This document shows positions 11,090 to 24,100 of a stretch of DNA of 64,000 nt, piece after piece. The DNA lies in contig NC_087436.1 of NCBI RefSeq assembly GCF_036321535.1, positions 27,778,001 to 27,842,000 of the forward strand, read 5' to 3'. Position numbers and translations under genes: made by a program. The notes beneath the pieces are model-generated. The model was not told where the DNA came from. It worked only from the letters and a program-made list of their open reading frames with translations, and made no database searches. Positions within the stretch are counted from its first letter, which is position 1. Each line of letters begins with the position of its first letter. Source of the stretch: Camelus dromedarius. Its lineage: Eukaryota.

Positions 11090-12964
11090 AAAACTTCATG
11101 GTTGTGTTTCTTTTAGACCCAAGCTTTGACAACATATAGTACAACATATACGTACTTCAATCAAATAAATATAGTTTATATAACTTTTTCTGTAACATCA
11201 TCACAGTAATTGTCAGCTGCCCAGTAAACAGCATGTCCTGTAACAACAGCATCACATTACATATAGTTTCATAGTTGTTTACAGTTGTTTTACTTTAATA
11301 ATTATGTAAAGAATGGAAATAATTACTAAATATGATCCATAATTCATCTAAAAGCAAACATATTCTAGTATTCTTTCAGCTATTTTGATTAGTATTTAAT
11401 TAAAATTTTACAAACATTTTGAGTTATTAAAAGTAAATATTTTCTATTATTATGTGTTTGAAACAGTGTTTTCTTGGTTCTAAACAAAGTCAAATATTGA
11501 AATAAACTAGATACTGACTCTAATACCCAGTTTCCAAATATTTTTACAACATACCTTTTAAAGTATTTGTTTTTATCAAAATAGCCTCGTATCTCTTTGG
11601 AAAATATTGAATATGAAATATATTTAATATTTACCAACATATACTTTTTGATTTTGAAAAAAATATTCTTTTTAATAAATAATAATGTTTCAGTAATAAC
11701 ACTGTTGTGCTTAAAGGGTAATTGGTCTAGATTGAAATGTTTTATTTATCATCATTGGAAAGCCTCCTTTCAATATATTTTTGGCAATCACAGAACGTTT
11801 TAACCTAGCACAAGATAGAAACCCTTACCTTTCTTTAATGTACCTGTCAGACCACATTTAGGGTGTGTAGTCATGTCTGCACATCATCCTATCAGCAGAG
11901 ACCTCTGCTTCCAGAGTAAAACAAGAGTGCTAGGGAACAGTATTTCACTTTTGCAGCCATTTGACCTGGCAGTCTCCCCCATAAGGTTGTTACAAAAATT
12001 GCTCACAGGGTTTCTGATAACCAATAAGATAATAGATACCAATGTATACTTAAAAGCCAATCTATATTTATAAAAGATAAGAATACCTTATATGGAAAGC
12101 TTATTTCCTAGAGATTCAATTTATAGGTAATAGGACAAAATTTCTCTTCCTTTTTGAGCATGTCTCAGCAGCTAGCTATTGACAAAATTACTGATTTCTT
12201 TAATATCTACTGCTCCTTCTAATTTGGAAATTGTGTATATGGTAGTTTTTTCTGTGTGAAGGTAATCAGAATAAATTTTATCTGTACTATTTCCTATAAA
12301 AAGACTACTAGATATTTTCTCATATATACACATATAAAATATGGATTATTTTCTAATTGAATTATTTCCCATAAAAAACAAGATGTTTTTACTAGATGTG
12401 TATCCTAACTTACTCATCCTACTGGATTGGTTATATGGTTTGGACAATTCCACGGTGTGCAGTCTGGGTTAAACAAGTGATTATTGAGTTTCTGTCATGA
12501 AAACCGCTTACATGGTAATACAGTTATTGACTTAATCTGAAATTGCAAAATGACGGTCCTTTATAACACTTAGTGCATCACAAGACCCACTATCTCCCTT
12601 TGGAGATATTCACTGTGCTGCCACTATGGTAATATATAAATGTCAAGAGTTTTTGGAAATGTGAAATTGAATAACTAAAACTGGCCTTTCAATGAACTGC
12701 TATGTAAAGATTTTTTCTGAAACGTTCTGAGAATTTCTTTTTGCATGTCAATCTGTTTGAAGTGATTATATACTCCTAAGAATTGAAAGCATTTTTCCTT
12801 CCTGCTTCTTTGCCATTTTAATTCTATATCTGTGTGTTTAGAAGCACCACAGTTCATTAATAATTAGAAAATAACCTTTCTAATGTGAAACTTCTAGACT
12901 TCAGGTATTTCTTTGTACCTTTTAAAATCAATTTCTGAAGACTGAAATTTAGGATGAAGATGAA

Positions 12965-13050
12965 AGGAGAATATAGAAATAAGGAAATACTTTTAAAAAC
13001 TCTTTTAAAAACAGGAGAATACAGAAATAAGGAAATATGCTTTTAAAACT
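12965..13050. repeat. Local tandem duplication, period about 48 bp
   Basis: aggagaatatagaaataaggaaatacttttaaaaac at 12965 and aggagaatacagaaataaggaaatatgcttttaaaac at 13013. Confidence 0.85.
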
Positions 13051-14479
13051 TGTAGTGTTTCATGAGCGATTGTCAGCTAGCTAATGCATTAAAGGATTAT
13101 CCCTCATGGGTAGTTACTTAAACAATTTTTTTTCTTTTAATTTGGTTTCAGTCCTGAAAAAGATTATTTCCACATGAGATGTGCGCATTTCATCCTCACC
13201 CTGCATGAAATTAGAGCTAACATTAGGGATGGGTGAGCTACTTTACAGAAAATTAGCTTAAAACTAAGTTTTCTTCCAAAAACAGCAATAAGATTTTAAA
13301 ATATTTTCAGAAGAAACAAGTAAACAAATACAAATAATGTTTATTTTTGCAACACTTTATACAGGTTGGGCCAGGGACAAGGATTGGATTCATCTGTCAA
13401 GTGAAGCATCCTTATGTAACTATCTGCAAAGGTGGTTTGCATAAAGGCTCCTTGGTGGGTGGGAGGTGAGAAGACATGTGAATTCTATTTCACATATAAG
13501 ATTCAGATATATAAAGATGTGGTGGAAGGAACTGAAGGTTTTTTATAGACAGACAATAAGATCGTTAAGTGAGAGAAATCTAGAATGAATTAGCAACACT
13601 TCTAGATGGTCTGAAGAGGGGCACTGTGCATGGGTTTGCCATGTGGCTATTCCTTGGATCTTCAGAGACCCAACCAGTCTGGAAATGCATGTGGATAAGA
13701 AAGGAAGAAAGGAAGAAGAAAAGAAAAAAAGTGTTGATATGAAATATGTAGCAATATTTTATTGCTGTATTGTTGCATATTCTAAGCAAAACTTCTATGG
13801 GCCCTTAGGTAGACTAGAATACAACATTCTTTGATCATTTTACTGAATATAACACAGAAGGAAAGGAGCCTGTTCTCACTCTATAAGAGTGTTATTAAGC
13901 AAGACACCAGGACACTGTAGCTCAACTTGCCTGTAGCCTAATATGCAACTCAATTTGCAGAAGCAGATCTTGGTATTCTAAAGGATGCCATTGGAGAGCT
14001 GAAGCTAAGCCACCAGGGTGTCTGCAAATCATGCCTGATGCATGGTAGTGAAAAATAAAGGGTAGCAGGAGTGGGAAATTGGAATCCACCAAAGTTGTGG
14101 ACAGGAGTAAATTATTCCTTGGGTAGACCTAGTACTACATAGGAATGGAAACGATACATGTCTAATATCAAGAGTCAGTAGGTAGAAGACAAGAGTTGAA
14201 ATGAGGGAGTCATATTAATGTGACCACATTTATATTCACAGTTGCCTAAAGCCTCCTCATTCATAAGAAATATGTTCCTTCATACTTCCAAATGTCTTTA
14301 TTTCATAGATTATAAAATTGAAATATGTAGGAAATCTTCCAAAATGATCCTCTGTGTGATATATAGAAATTTTGGCATCTCTTTCACAAAAGCATTTTAA
14401 AGAATATATATGCTTAGCACAGGTGAATATATTAACATGTTACTACATGAAGGCTAATTCAAAATGTTTGTATGAATGT

Positions 14480-14865
14480 ACTAGATTCTGCAACAATGCT
14501 AGATTCTGAAAAAAGCAAATCTCAGATTTCAACTATTTTCACACAATTATTTCTTGTTCACATTACAGCACAATGAACACATTCATGGCAAGATCATGTC
14601 TTTTCATGTGATGACTCAGGGACCTAGACTCCTTCTGATTTTTCAAGTCTTTTGTATTCAGTAAGCAGACTAGACAGATGGACAGAAATCATGGTAAAGA
14701 CATTCTTGTTTTGCCCAAGACATGGAAATGTTACACACTTCATTCACCAATGTTGTGAACTAGACTCTCTAGATGTGCAAAAAATGAAGAGTGGCAATGC
14801 TTGGCATTCTGTTCTATGGAAGAGAAAATAGGAACCTTTGTGGATGGCTGACCACCTCTGGCACA
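14480..14865 (-). mobile_element. Old MaLR LTR (MLT1J/K/L-like)
   Basis: gatgactcagggacctagactcc, ggaaatgttacacacttc and terminal ...acctctggcaca resemble old MLT1 LTRs. Confidence 0.45.
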
Positions 14866-14884
14866 ATTATATAGTGTTTTATTG

Positions 14885-15030
14885 TGTGTAAGATAGTTTC
14901 ACATACATTATTTTATTTGAGCCTTAAAATAAAACTGAAGCAGATTTAGAGAGTTAGACTTCAGTAAACAGCAGAGCTAGGACCAAATTTTAGTCATTCT
15001 AACCCACCATATATAGTGCTTCCTTATAAC
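14885..15030 (-). mobile_element. MIR fragment
   Basis: tttcacatacattattttatttgagcct...agtaaacagcagagctaggacc. Confidence 0.5.
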
Positions 15031-16473
15031 AGATATTTAACTTAATTCAATAAAATTTTTGTGAAATACCTTGATTATTTTTCTTTATGGCATGCCTCTC
15101 CTTGACATAAGCTATAATTTTTTTTTGGTCAAGTCCCAAATTCCAAGTACCTATCAACATGCATTTTTTCATTAATTCTTTCTGTTTAAAAGCTAATAGG
15201 ATTAAACTAATTATCACCTCCCCAAAATCATTATAAGGAGTGCTAATTACAATAATGCCATTTGTTAAAAAATGTGTTTCATCCTAATGGCTAAAATAAG
15301 GACAGTGTAGGCAGGTGCTTTTAAAAGTATTTGATGCCAGCTCAGTCTATGCCTAAATGTAACATATGTCAGTAATAATGGCATAACATAAACTAGCGAT
15401 AACCATATAGCATAAATAGATTACTGATCTTTTCTACTCATATTCTAATGTAGAAACTGCCCACTCTCCTGAATGTTATTAAAGCCTATCATGTGGTTTG
15501 TTCTGTGGGAAAATGGGAAAAGAAAACTAGTATGAACACTCAGACTATTCACTTATCACATGAACTGAGGGCTTATTAAGGTAGATTTGAAGCCTAACAC
15601 CTATGAAATCATTTATTTCCCTCTGACAGTCCCTTGCCTTCTCCACCAGCTATCAGTCGAAGTCCCTTTTGCTGTTGTTATAAATACTTCACAATGACAC
15701 TGTCAATTATTCTTAATGTGTCATCTATTATTAGTCTCTGCAAGATTTAGAATCCCAGCAGATGTCAGTTCTGTCTGTCACGTTGCTATGTATGCTTGCA
15801 AGGAGTCTTTCCTCATACGAAGAACAACTCTCATCTGCAAGTTCAGCATGAGGACATGAAAAACACTACAAGAAGCAACATTATGCTCTTCCCTGTTATA
15901 AATTTAAATAAACATTTTGACTTCAGAACACATCCTTTAAGATATTCCCCCTGGATGCTATGCACTTAACAAATCATCAAATCATTACAGAACATTTTCA
16001 GTATGGCCAGACTTACATATACACTCTTTCAAAGCAATAGGGGACATCATTAATGGCCTTGAAGAGGTTATAATCCAGGGAGGAGAGTGGGGGTAGTGCA
16101 TATTAAATGCTCACCCAGTCTTCATTCTTGTTTAGAAAATATGGTTACTGATGGACTTCAGTATGTGCTATCTGTAGGGCTGTGGTGAGTGATATTCTGT
16201 CAGGAGATCCTTTATTTTATGAAGCACCCTGAATCAACCACAGGGTTTTCTCTTGATAAACCGTTGCCTAGAAACTCAAAGTTACCACTCTTTTCTTAGA
16301 AGAACCATAAAAGGCCCCACATGTCCTTATCCCATATTCCAGTTACATCATTTTCCTCATTGCCACTTTTCTCTCCTGACAAGACTGGAAAATGAGAATA
16401 TTTATTTCAACCATTCAACAAAGAATAAGATGATCTGAATTTAAGGGGTGCTTGTAATATGTTCACAGTCAGT

Positions 16474-16511
16474 CAGGACAGCAAAGACAGACAGGACAGG
16501 ACAGCAAAGAC
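16474..16511. repeat. Short direct repeat (15 bp x2)
   Basis: caggacagcaaagac at 16474-16488 and 16497-16511. Confidence 0.8.
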
Positions 16512-16710
16512 CAACCAATCCAGCAGACCCTCTGCTATTGATGTTTAGAATTAAAGAAAAAAATAATAATAAGGATTTAGAGACTATGTATAAGCTTGAT
16601 GTCTAGGATCGTATTTTGATGCAATTGGAGGTGCCGTTAAGTACAAAAGACTCCCTTTATGTCTATAAGAAATGAATAATTTAGCATTGCCCAAACCTGC
16701 TCTACAAGAA

Positions 16711-17184
16711 AATACTAGTTTACTAAAGCAGCCGTGACAAATGACTACTAACCTAGTGGCTTAAAGAAAACCCCACAAAAGTATTTACTCACAATTCTGT
16801 AGTTAAGAAATTCCTGAGTTTCATCAGGTGAAGATCAAGGTGTGGCAGAACTGCATTACTTTCTCATGGCTCTGAAGGAAAATTCATTTTCTTCCTATTT
16901 CCATCTTCTAAAGACTGGCTACGTTCTCTGGCTCTCAGACCCTCCCAGCGTCTCTCCCACACTCTTTCTGTCTCTGCCCCTTCTACCTCTTGCTTCCACG
17001 TAGCTGTGATTAAATTGAGCCTACCTGGATCACCAAGGTACTATTTTTTCTCTCTTAAAGTCAGCTGATTCGAAACTTTAATTCCATCTGCACACTTACT
17101 TCCCTTTGCTATGTAACCTAACGTATTCACAGGTTCCTTGGATGAGGATGTGGACATCTTTGGGGGGCATTCTTCTGCCTACTA
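16711..17184 (-). mobile_element. MaLR solo LTR, MLT1D-like
   Basis: gccgtgacaaatgactactaacctagtggcttaaa...gatcaaggtgtggcag...gtggacatctttggggggcattcttctgcctacta; reverse-complement homolog of 40733-41242. Confidence 0.85.
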
Positions 17185-19629
17185 ATGAGAGTGATCTGAC
17201 ACCACAGGTGCTTTGTTCTGTTGTTATTTTACATACAGCAGCTTCTTACCAGGCCTTGTAGCTAATGCCCTATTACTCTCACTGACTCTTTGAGGCCAGT
17301 GCAACCACCTTAAGACAAGTTCCTCACCAAGTTTCAATCAGCACTGGCCTTCAGGCACTGGCTCATTATCTGTTGGCAAATCTCCAACAGAGATAAAAAA
17401 CTAGTACCCCTTCTCAAGACTGGGGCTTTTCTGAGAAGAGCAGGATGAGAAGTTTAGCTGTTGTCCATACAAATCCTCTTCAGACCTCATATACTGAACC
17501 CAAGTCTGGTTGCAGGGCTGCTTGCCTCCCCCATGGGTGACTATTCCCTCCCCCCATTCCCTGGGAAACAGCCTAAATATACAAAAATAGCATGGGTCCC
17601 ATCACTCAACCCCAGAAAATTGGCAGTACTTGACCCTCCTTACCCCCCAATGCTTAAATGCTTATTATCAGTCCCGTTAACTCCATCACAGGAGCCAGAC
17701 CACACCACACAGAGCAGCCCCAAGTCAAAGATTGATAAGATGATGACCAGGCTTAAGGTTGTTTTCATCTGATTACCTGTCAAGCCAGTAAACAGACAAT
17801 TTGAAGGATAAAGTATAAGGACAATAGGAGTAAACACAGTTCCCAAATGCCTGCTCCTTCCAAGGGAAGCCCATCTGCATGTAGGTGTTCACTCAGGGGC
17901 TGTCATCATTAGGCTTGAGGAGGGACACTTCCAAGGGGCAAATGCCTACCATATATTTGGATGCATTCACATACTCATCAAGTCCTGTCATATGGAAATA
18001 TTCCACCTTCTAACTTCATAATTATTTACTTTACTTTTTTTTTTTGTCCTTAACAAATTCCTCCCTTTCTTTATGTGTCTTCACAGAATGCTGCGAAATT
18101 TCTCCTGCCATTTTTCCCCCTGTATATATTTATCAGACATAGGGTATTTTAATCTGCATCATTTCTTAGTATAGGATTTTTAAGCTTATCAAAGTAACAA
18201 AATATTCTAAGATATGCCTAAATAGTGGGTTTAAATGTTACTAGCATGAAACACTTTGTTATTAAATATAGAATATTTTATCATTATAACTGACAAAAGG
18301 ATATATATAAATATGAGTGTAGAAAAGTTGAATCCTATTTAATAATATATTATTAAATGTCACATTAAAAATTTAGGGAAGACAAATAAACTTAGGAGCA
18401 AGAAGTTAAAAAACAAGTTGAACAGGTTCAGATGTGCCCATGTGTATGCTGTGTCTGTGCCTGTGCAGAAGGCTTTTTCTACATCACTGTGTTATGTGCA
18501 TCTCCACTGGGAGACAAATAGTTCAGAGTTCATAGAAGAAAGTAACTTGACTAAGGACAACACTTTTTGAAGAAAAATTCACAACACTATATTCAGTAGA
18601 ACAAAATTGTGGGTATCTGCTCTCAACCATCTCAGTTTTCCTGCTCACAATGTTTTCCATATCAACAATGTAAAGTTAAGTATTTATCTTTAGACATGAC
18701 AATATATAAAATAACTTTTTAAAAATTTTGCCTGTTTTACTTCTTTACTGCACATGATTAATTTTTCTGCTCAACTTTTCACCTGTTACATGTTAATGAG
18801 TTAATTGATAAGTAACTACATCTTCAGTTTATCTTCAATAATTAACATATTTTCTTTATCAATTAATTATTGATACTTTTGCTACTCAACAAATAGAAAT
18901 AATTATTATTACTATATAAAAAAAAGCATCCCAAAGGAACCATGGAGATTATGTAAAATGATTTCTATCTGTAACAACAAAGCTTAAATTCAGTTTGTTA
19001 CCATGTTAATAATCTGTAAGAAGAAACTGTGACATGTTACTATCAAGTTTCTTAACTTAGGTGAAACTCAATCTTACTTAAACTGAAATTAATGCTTTAG
19101 TAAGAACATTTGGGTAAATATGTGTGTAAATATGTATTTGATAATCATTATGCAGTATTTGAACAAAAGCTGTGTATGCTGTTCTGTTTTTCATGTAATG
19201 CTGGCAAAATCTTTTGTGGACCTCTCAGGTGCTGCTATACTGAGCTGTGTCCTCTTTCTTCCTTTTGTAGGATTTATCAGTCTTTGCTTTCCTTCCAAAG
19301 CTATTTTATTTTACCCTATTTTCCTGTTTTGTTTTGTTTTTCTTCCCCCTTAACACTTACAGACCAAGTAATAATCTGTTTTCTTTGCTTTCATTTTCTG
19401 TAACTGCACCCAAAGAAAAAGACATAAAGAACCACAACGAAGCACAGAAATAGCAGTAAAGACACAAAGCTAACAAATTTCTTGGTAACAATGTCACAGA
19501 GCCAATACATCTCTTGAGTGGTGGCTCCTTCTCCACATGTTATTCTCAAATAGTCATTCAAAGTGGTGATTTGAGGGTTGGAAATCTGGGGGGAAAAGCG
19601 ATATTTTAATAAGTTTTTGTCAAATCATG

Positions 19630-20341
19630 ACTTTGCCTGGGTCTTCTGAAAAGCAGAATCCAAAGTACAACTAAACCTGCAAGAGATTTGTTAGGGACAA
19701 TGATTATACAGGGAAATGAAGGAATCAGGGAAAGGCAGGAGAACCATCAGAACTTGATGCAGCTTTGATTCAGGTTAAAGCAAAGAGGGAGAGGAGGGAA
19801 AGAAGGGTTGGCAGAAGCATCTTAGACTGCAATCCAGTTCTTTTTCTCCCCCAGCTTTATTGAGAAATAATTGACATGTATCACTGTGTAAGTTTCAGGT
19901 GATGATTTGATATATGTATATATTGTAAAATGATACTACAATAGGCTTAGTTAACATATCCATCACTTCACCTACTTTGTGTATGTGTGTGTGGTGAGAA
20001 CATTTAATATCTACACTCTCAGCATCTTTCAAGTATACTAGTGCACAGCATGGTGACTATAGTTAACCATGCCATATGGCAATGAAGTCCTAAGAGTTCA
20101 GCATGGTCTCTGAGGAGACTTTGAGCCAAAGTCACCCAAGTGCTAGAAGATTCCAGTTCTTGTAGGAATGGATGTGACTTTAGTATCCCTGCCATGATCA
20201 GTCCCTGACTGGGAATAGCTAGTGAGAAGGATGGATTTCATAGGAAATCTGATGGATTTCATGGCTGCATGGCTGGAACCTTTGCTCAATTATGTCTGCT
20301 GTACTCAGAGACTGGAGAGGTAGATTCTAATGGCTGTCACA
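19630..20341 (-). mobile_element. ERVL-class solo LTR (LTR16-like), interrupted by an L1
   Basis: Minus strand begins tgtgacagccattagaatctacctctcc; sequence reads continuously across the L1 insertion (gcatcttagactgcaatccagttct|aagagttcagc). Confidence 0.6.
19842..20078 (-). mobile_element. Short L1 3' end (L1MA9-like) with a 5' inversion of about 38 bp
   Basis: cccccagctttattgagaaataattgac...caagtatac in antisense, then gtgcacagcatggtgactatagttaac in sense; degenerate TSD gcaatccagttct / gcaatgaagtcct. Confidence 0.85.
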
Positions 20342-21332
20342 GACCATGTACCTCTCAACATTTATAAAAATATTTCTGTCACAGAGAATAGTTGATCTCA
20401 TACCATCCCCAGTCATTCTGTGTAATTCTACTAATTCTTGGAATGTTGACTAATGGGGTAATTTAGTGATATTAATAGAAAGTACTACAAATAAACCATG
20501 ATCAGCATGACTTGGGAGTAATTTGCCAATTTTTATTGTTTTTATTTTCCTTCAGTCATCTCATGAGCATGCTGCAACTGTGGTTTGCAATGAGATCTGC
20601 TCTTCACCAATCTGATGCCCTGTTTATATAATACATGCATATTAGTCTGAAATTCAATTATTTTAGGCTGTTTTGATAAATCACCCTATGGATTTGTTTT
20701 AATGTGTATTGTTTACACTTTTTCTTTATATCCCTCTGATGTCTTCATAATTTCTTTTTCTTTTATGTGTCTTCCTAGACATATTTAATAAAAATAAATT
20801 ATTAATACCACTTAAAACTTATACAAATATTTTGCACGGTTAATCACATTTGTTATCTGCTCCTCAAAAGAGCCAAATTAACAAATGATGTGGCTAAAAT
20901 TAATCACAGAAAATGTTCTTTTGGTTTCAGACTTTCAACCTTCTAACCATAGCTCTAAATTACCATTTCAGAATAAAATGTATCACATGATGACGTTTAT
21001 ACACAAAATAACATATTGGCAAACAGCGATCCCAATATTAATCATTTTATCAGTGCTAATAGAGTGCTACCACTAGAGGCAGAACTTGATTATTTTTGAT
21101 CTCTTCAGCTCCAATCTCTGCTCCTTGGATACTTAGAGAAGATTTGTAGGGGGGGTATGGGGGGTGGCGGGAAAGACTTGTTGAATTTGTTGAATTGGTG
21201 AACAAATGATGATTTAGAGAAATATCCATTAATAAAGTATAGATGAGGTTGAGAAGAATAGTAAAATGAAAGGAAATCTTGATATTGTACATCATAACTG
21301 AATGCCTGTGAACAGTAAATCTACTTTTCCTC

Positions 21333-21343
21333 AAAATAAAAAA

Positions 21344-21382
<39 letters not shown>

Positions 21383-21384
21383 AA
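21333..21384. repeat. (AAAT)n microsatellite
   Basis: About 11 AAAT units. Confidence 0.95.
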
Positions 21385-22809
21385 GAGATACTGAACCCAG
21401 ACTTACGTGAATTTCAAAGGACTAATTGGAAATGGAGAAAAAAAGTCTCTTCTACAGGTTTTGTCCTTTAACTGCAATAAATAAGTTTCCTTTACTCAGT
21501 TCCTTTAATAATAATCTTGGGATAAACAACATTTTAAGTCAGTGGATCAGAAGGCAGAGGGTGAATGCAGTCATGTGGCTGCTGAGGTGTGAGGGCCTCA
21601 CCTTTCCAGACCTTCAGATAAGAGCCAAAAGTTTTAAACTGGATTCAAAATTGTATTGTATGATTTGGTATAGGGATGGAAACCATCAACTTAAAAAGTA
21701 TTTTTCCCTTTTTCTTAGCACCTTCTGGAATTGGTCACTGAGGTATCAAAATGTCTGGAATCAGTCATCTGGCTTCATGCTTTCTGAGCTACTACATAAA
21801 GAATAACAATCAATAAAGGTGTTAACTGCATCTTGAAACTGTGCTTTGCACCTTGTGCGCATTTTGTCCTTTGTCAGTGATCAGGGATCTCCTAGGACTT
21901 GGAAATCTGATATTCCGATCATTCCCCATCTGGTCCCAATCACCTCCATGCTAAGCATTTTATATTTAAAACCTCCCAGTATCTGAATTTATAAATGTGT
22001 TTTGGTATGAAATGTTTTTTGTAAGTTAGTGTGTGGTCCTTATTTGAGCAATCTATAAAAATGGAAGTTATTTTAGAAATGGATTTCTGGGATTATTATT
22101 TAACAAATGTGTATGATACAAGAGGAATGCTGTATTTAATACATTTAATGTACCCATTTGCAAGTTTTGATGCTTAAAACAAGTTGAATATATTTTATTA
22201 TCATTCCAAGGTATGCATTACTATTTTTGTCATCTTTTGGAAAATAATATAACTATTTAATTTGGGATTTTCTAAGGATTAATTAAGATTAATTATGTCC
22301 TTTTCAATTGATATTTAAACAAAGCTAACACAATTTCCCATAATTAGACGTGTAATAATTTATCAGCTATGTTTGATTTGTGGTTCCATAGTGTTCATGG
22401 GCAAGCCAATTTTAATTAACATTCAAAAGTTATTTTGTAAGACAGGAACACAATACTCCACTGAAATTAAAATATATTGGAATTCCTTCAATCCTTCATC
22501 ATCTAATAAATTAGTTGGGCAAAAAAGTGAGGAAAAGTGAAGTAAGATAATAATAGTGAGGACAAGAAGGTCACACAGTTTTGAGAAACACTTTGGAGAT
22601 GATGAAGGTACTTTGGGATGCAACACCAAGGCCACAGAGGGAATTGGACGATTCAGCCATTCTACACAAAGCTGGTTCTGATGTCAGTCAGTTTGGGCTG
22701 ATGATAAAAATCACAGCTGTATATGACTTCAGAAAATGAGTAGAAGACATCAATACCACAGGCCTGGAAAAAAGATTATGCCAACCCTGTTTCATTTCTC
22801 CTTTCACTA

Positions 22810-24100
22810 ATTTGTTATTGTTCTTTATAAGTTTGCAGTCCTGCTAATTGAGATTTGTCTGTTGGAAACCTGTTTACTCTGGATGTTTATAAGATTCTCC
22901 CACTGCTGTTGATGATCAACAGTTTCACTATGACGTGTCGACATGAGCTTTTTTTTTTTTTTAAATACACTTACTGAATTTCCTTGTATCTTACTGAATC
23001 TGAGATTAATATCACTAATAAACTCTGAAAAATCTTTGTCCGTTATATCATCATGAATTCTCCTTCCGCTATTCAGGTTTCTCCTTTTAGAATTTTGGTA
23101 ATACTTAGGATAGATCTTGTCATTCTACCCTTTTCTACCAGTGATTCAAAAAGTATAAATATTTTCCATCTCTTTGCCTTCTGAATTTTATCTTTTCTAA
23201 CATCTTCATCTCTGTTTTAGTTCATTCAAGCTTCATTCAGTCTGTTGTTTACCAATCAATTTAATTTTAATTTTAATTAAAATATTTTATTTCTAGTTTT
23301 TTTTTCAAATTTATTATGTCATTTTTGAAAATAGCTTATTCTTTGCTCAGGTATTAAATTCCTCTTTTTAAATTTTTAAAAGTTTTAATCACCCTTCTAA
23401 TACAACATGACAATTATAATATATAAGGTCATTAGAAGTTTGAATTCTGCTGTGTGTCATTTCCACTGACTCCTGCTCCGAAGAACCCATGTGTGATGAT
23501 GTGAGCATGCTTGTGTTTATCTGAGGTGTATGTGGCTCATCCTGGAAGGCCTACTTTGAGATTATGCACCTTTGAAGTAATAGAGGTTTTTGCTTCTTTC
23601 AGAGCACTGAATTTCTATCAACCTGGAACCAATTAAACTTGCTTCTCAACTTTGAGTTATCTGGACCAGACAGTAGTACCCATTTGAAGGTACAACCTAG
23701 CAAAGGACAGAACATGAATTTTAAATCATCAAAATTATAGTGAAAAGGGAGCTTTGATTTTTTCTTCCTAAAGTTCATACAAAGATCTTTTTTTTCTTTT
23801 TCTTTTTCTTTTGCTGATGGAAAGATATCTTCAAACATCTCATTGTTTGCATGTCGAGCCATTTGAAACCCTGGCTTTACAGATCTCAATTCAAATTACC
23901 CAATTTAATTTGGCTGAAGATTTTATCTCCTCTCCAAAATATGCTCATTACTATCCAAACAACTACATCATTGTAGGTTGAAAACCAACTTTAAGTCATT
24001 TTGAATGATAGCTTGCTTATATAGCAGCTCCTTCTTTGTTTAAGGCCCAGAGGATTTTCTTCATTTCCTTAAAAACATTTAAAAAGAGGTTTGTTGTTTT
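22810..24100 (-). mobile_element. Ancient L1M/HAL1-type ORF1 and 5' region remnant
   Basis: Antisense ORF1-like tracts (cagtttcactatgacgtgtc; gaatctgagattaatatc; tcagtctgttgtttacc) and a 5' motif (ctggaaccaattaaacttgcttctcaactttgag) similar to about 890-980 on the + strand. Confidence 0.55.

Noticed and set aside
21426..21806. Longest ORF (126 aa)
   Set aside because: Non-ATG start, no recognisable protein family, and a length expected by chance in 64 kb.
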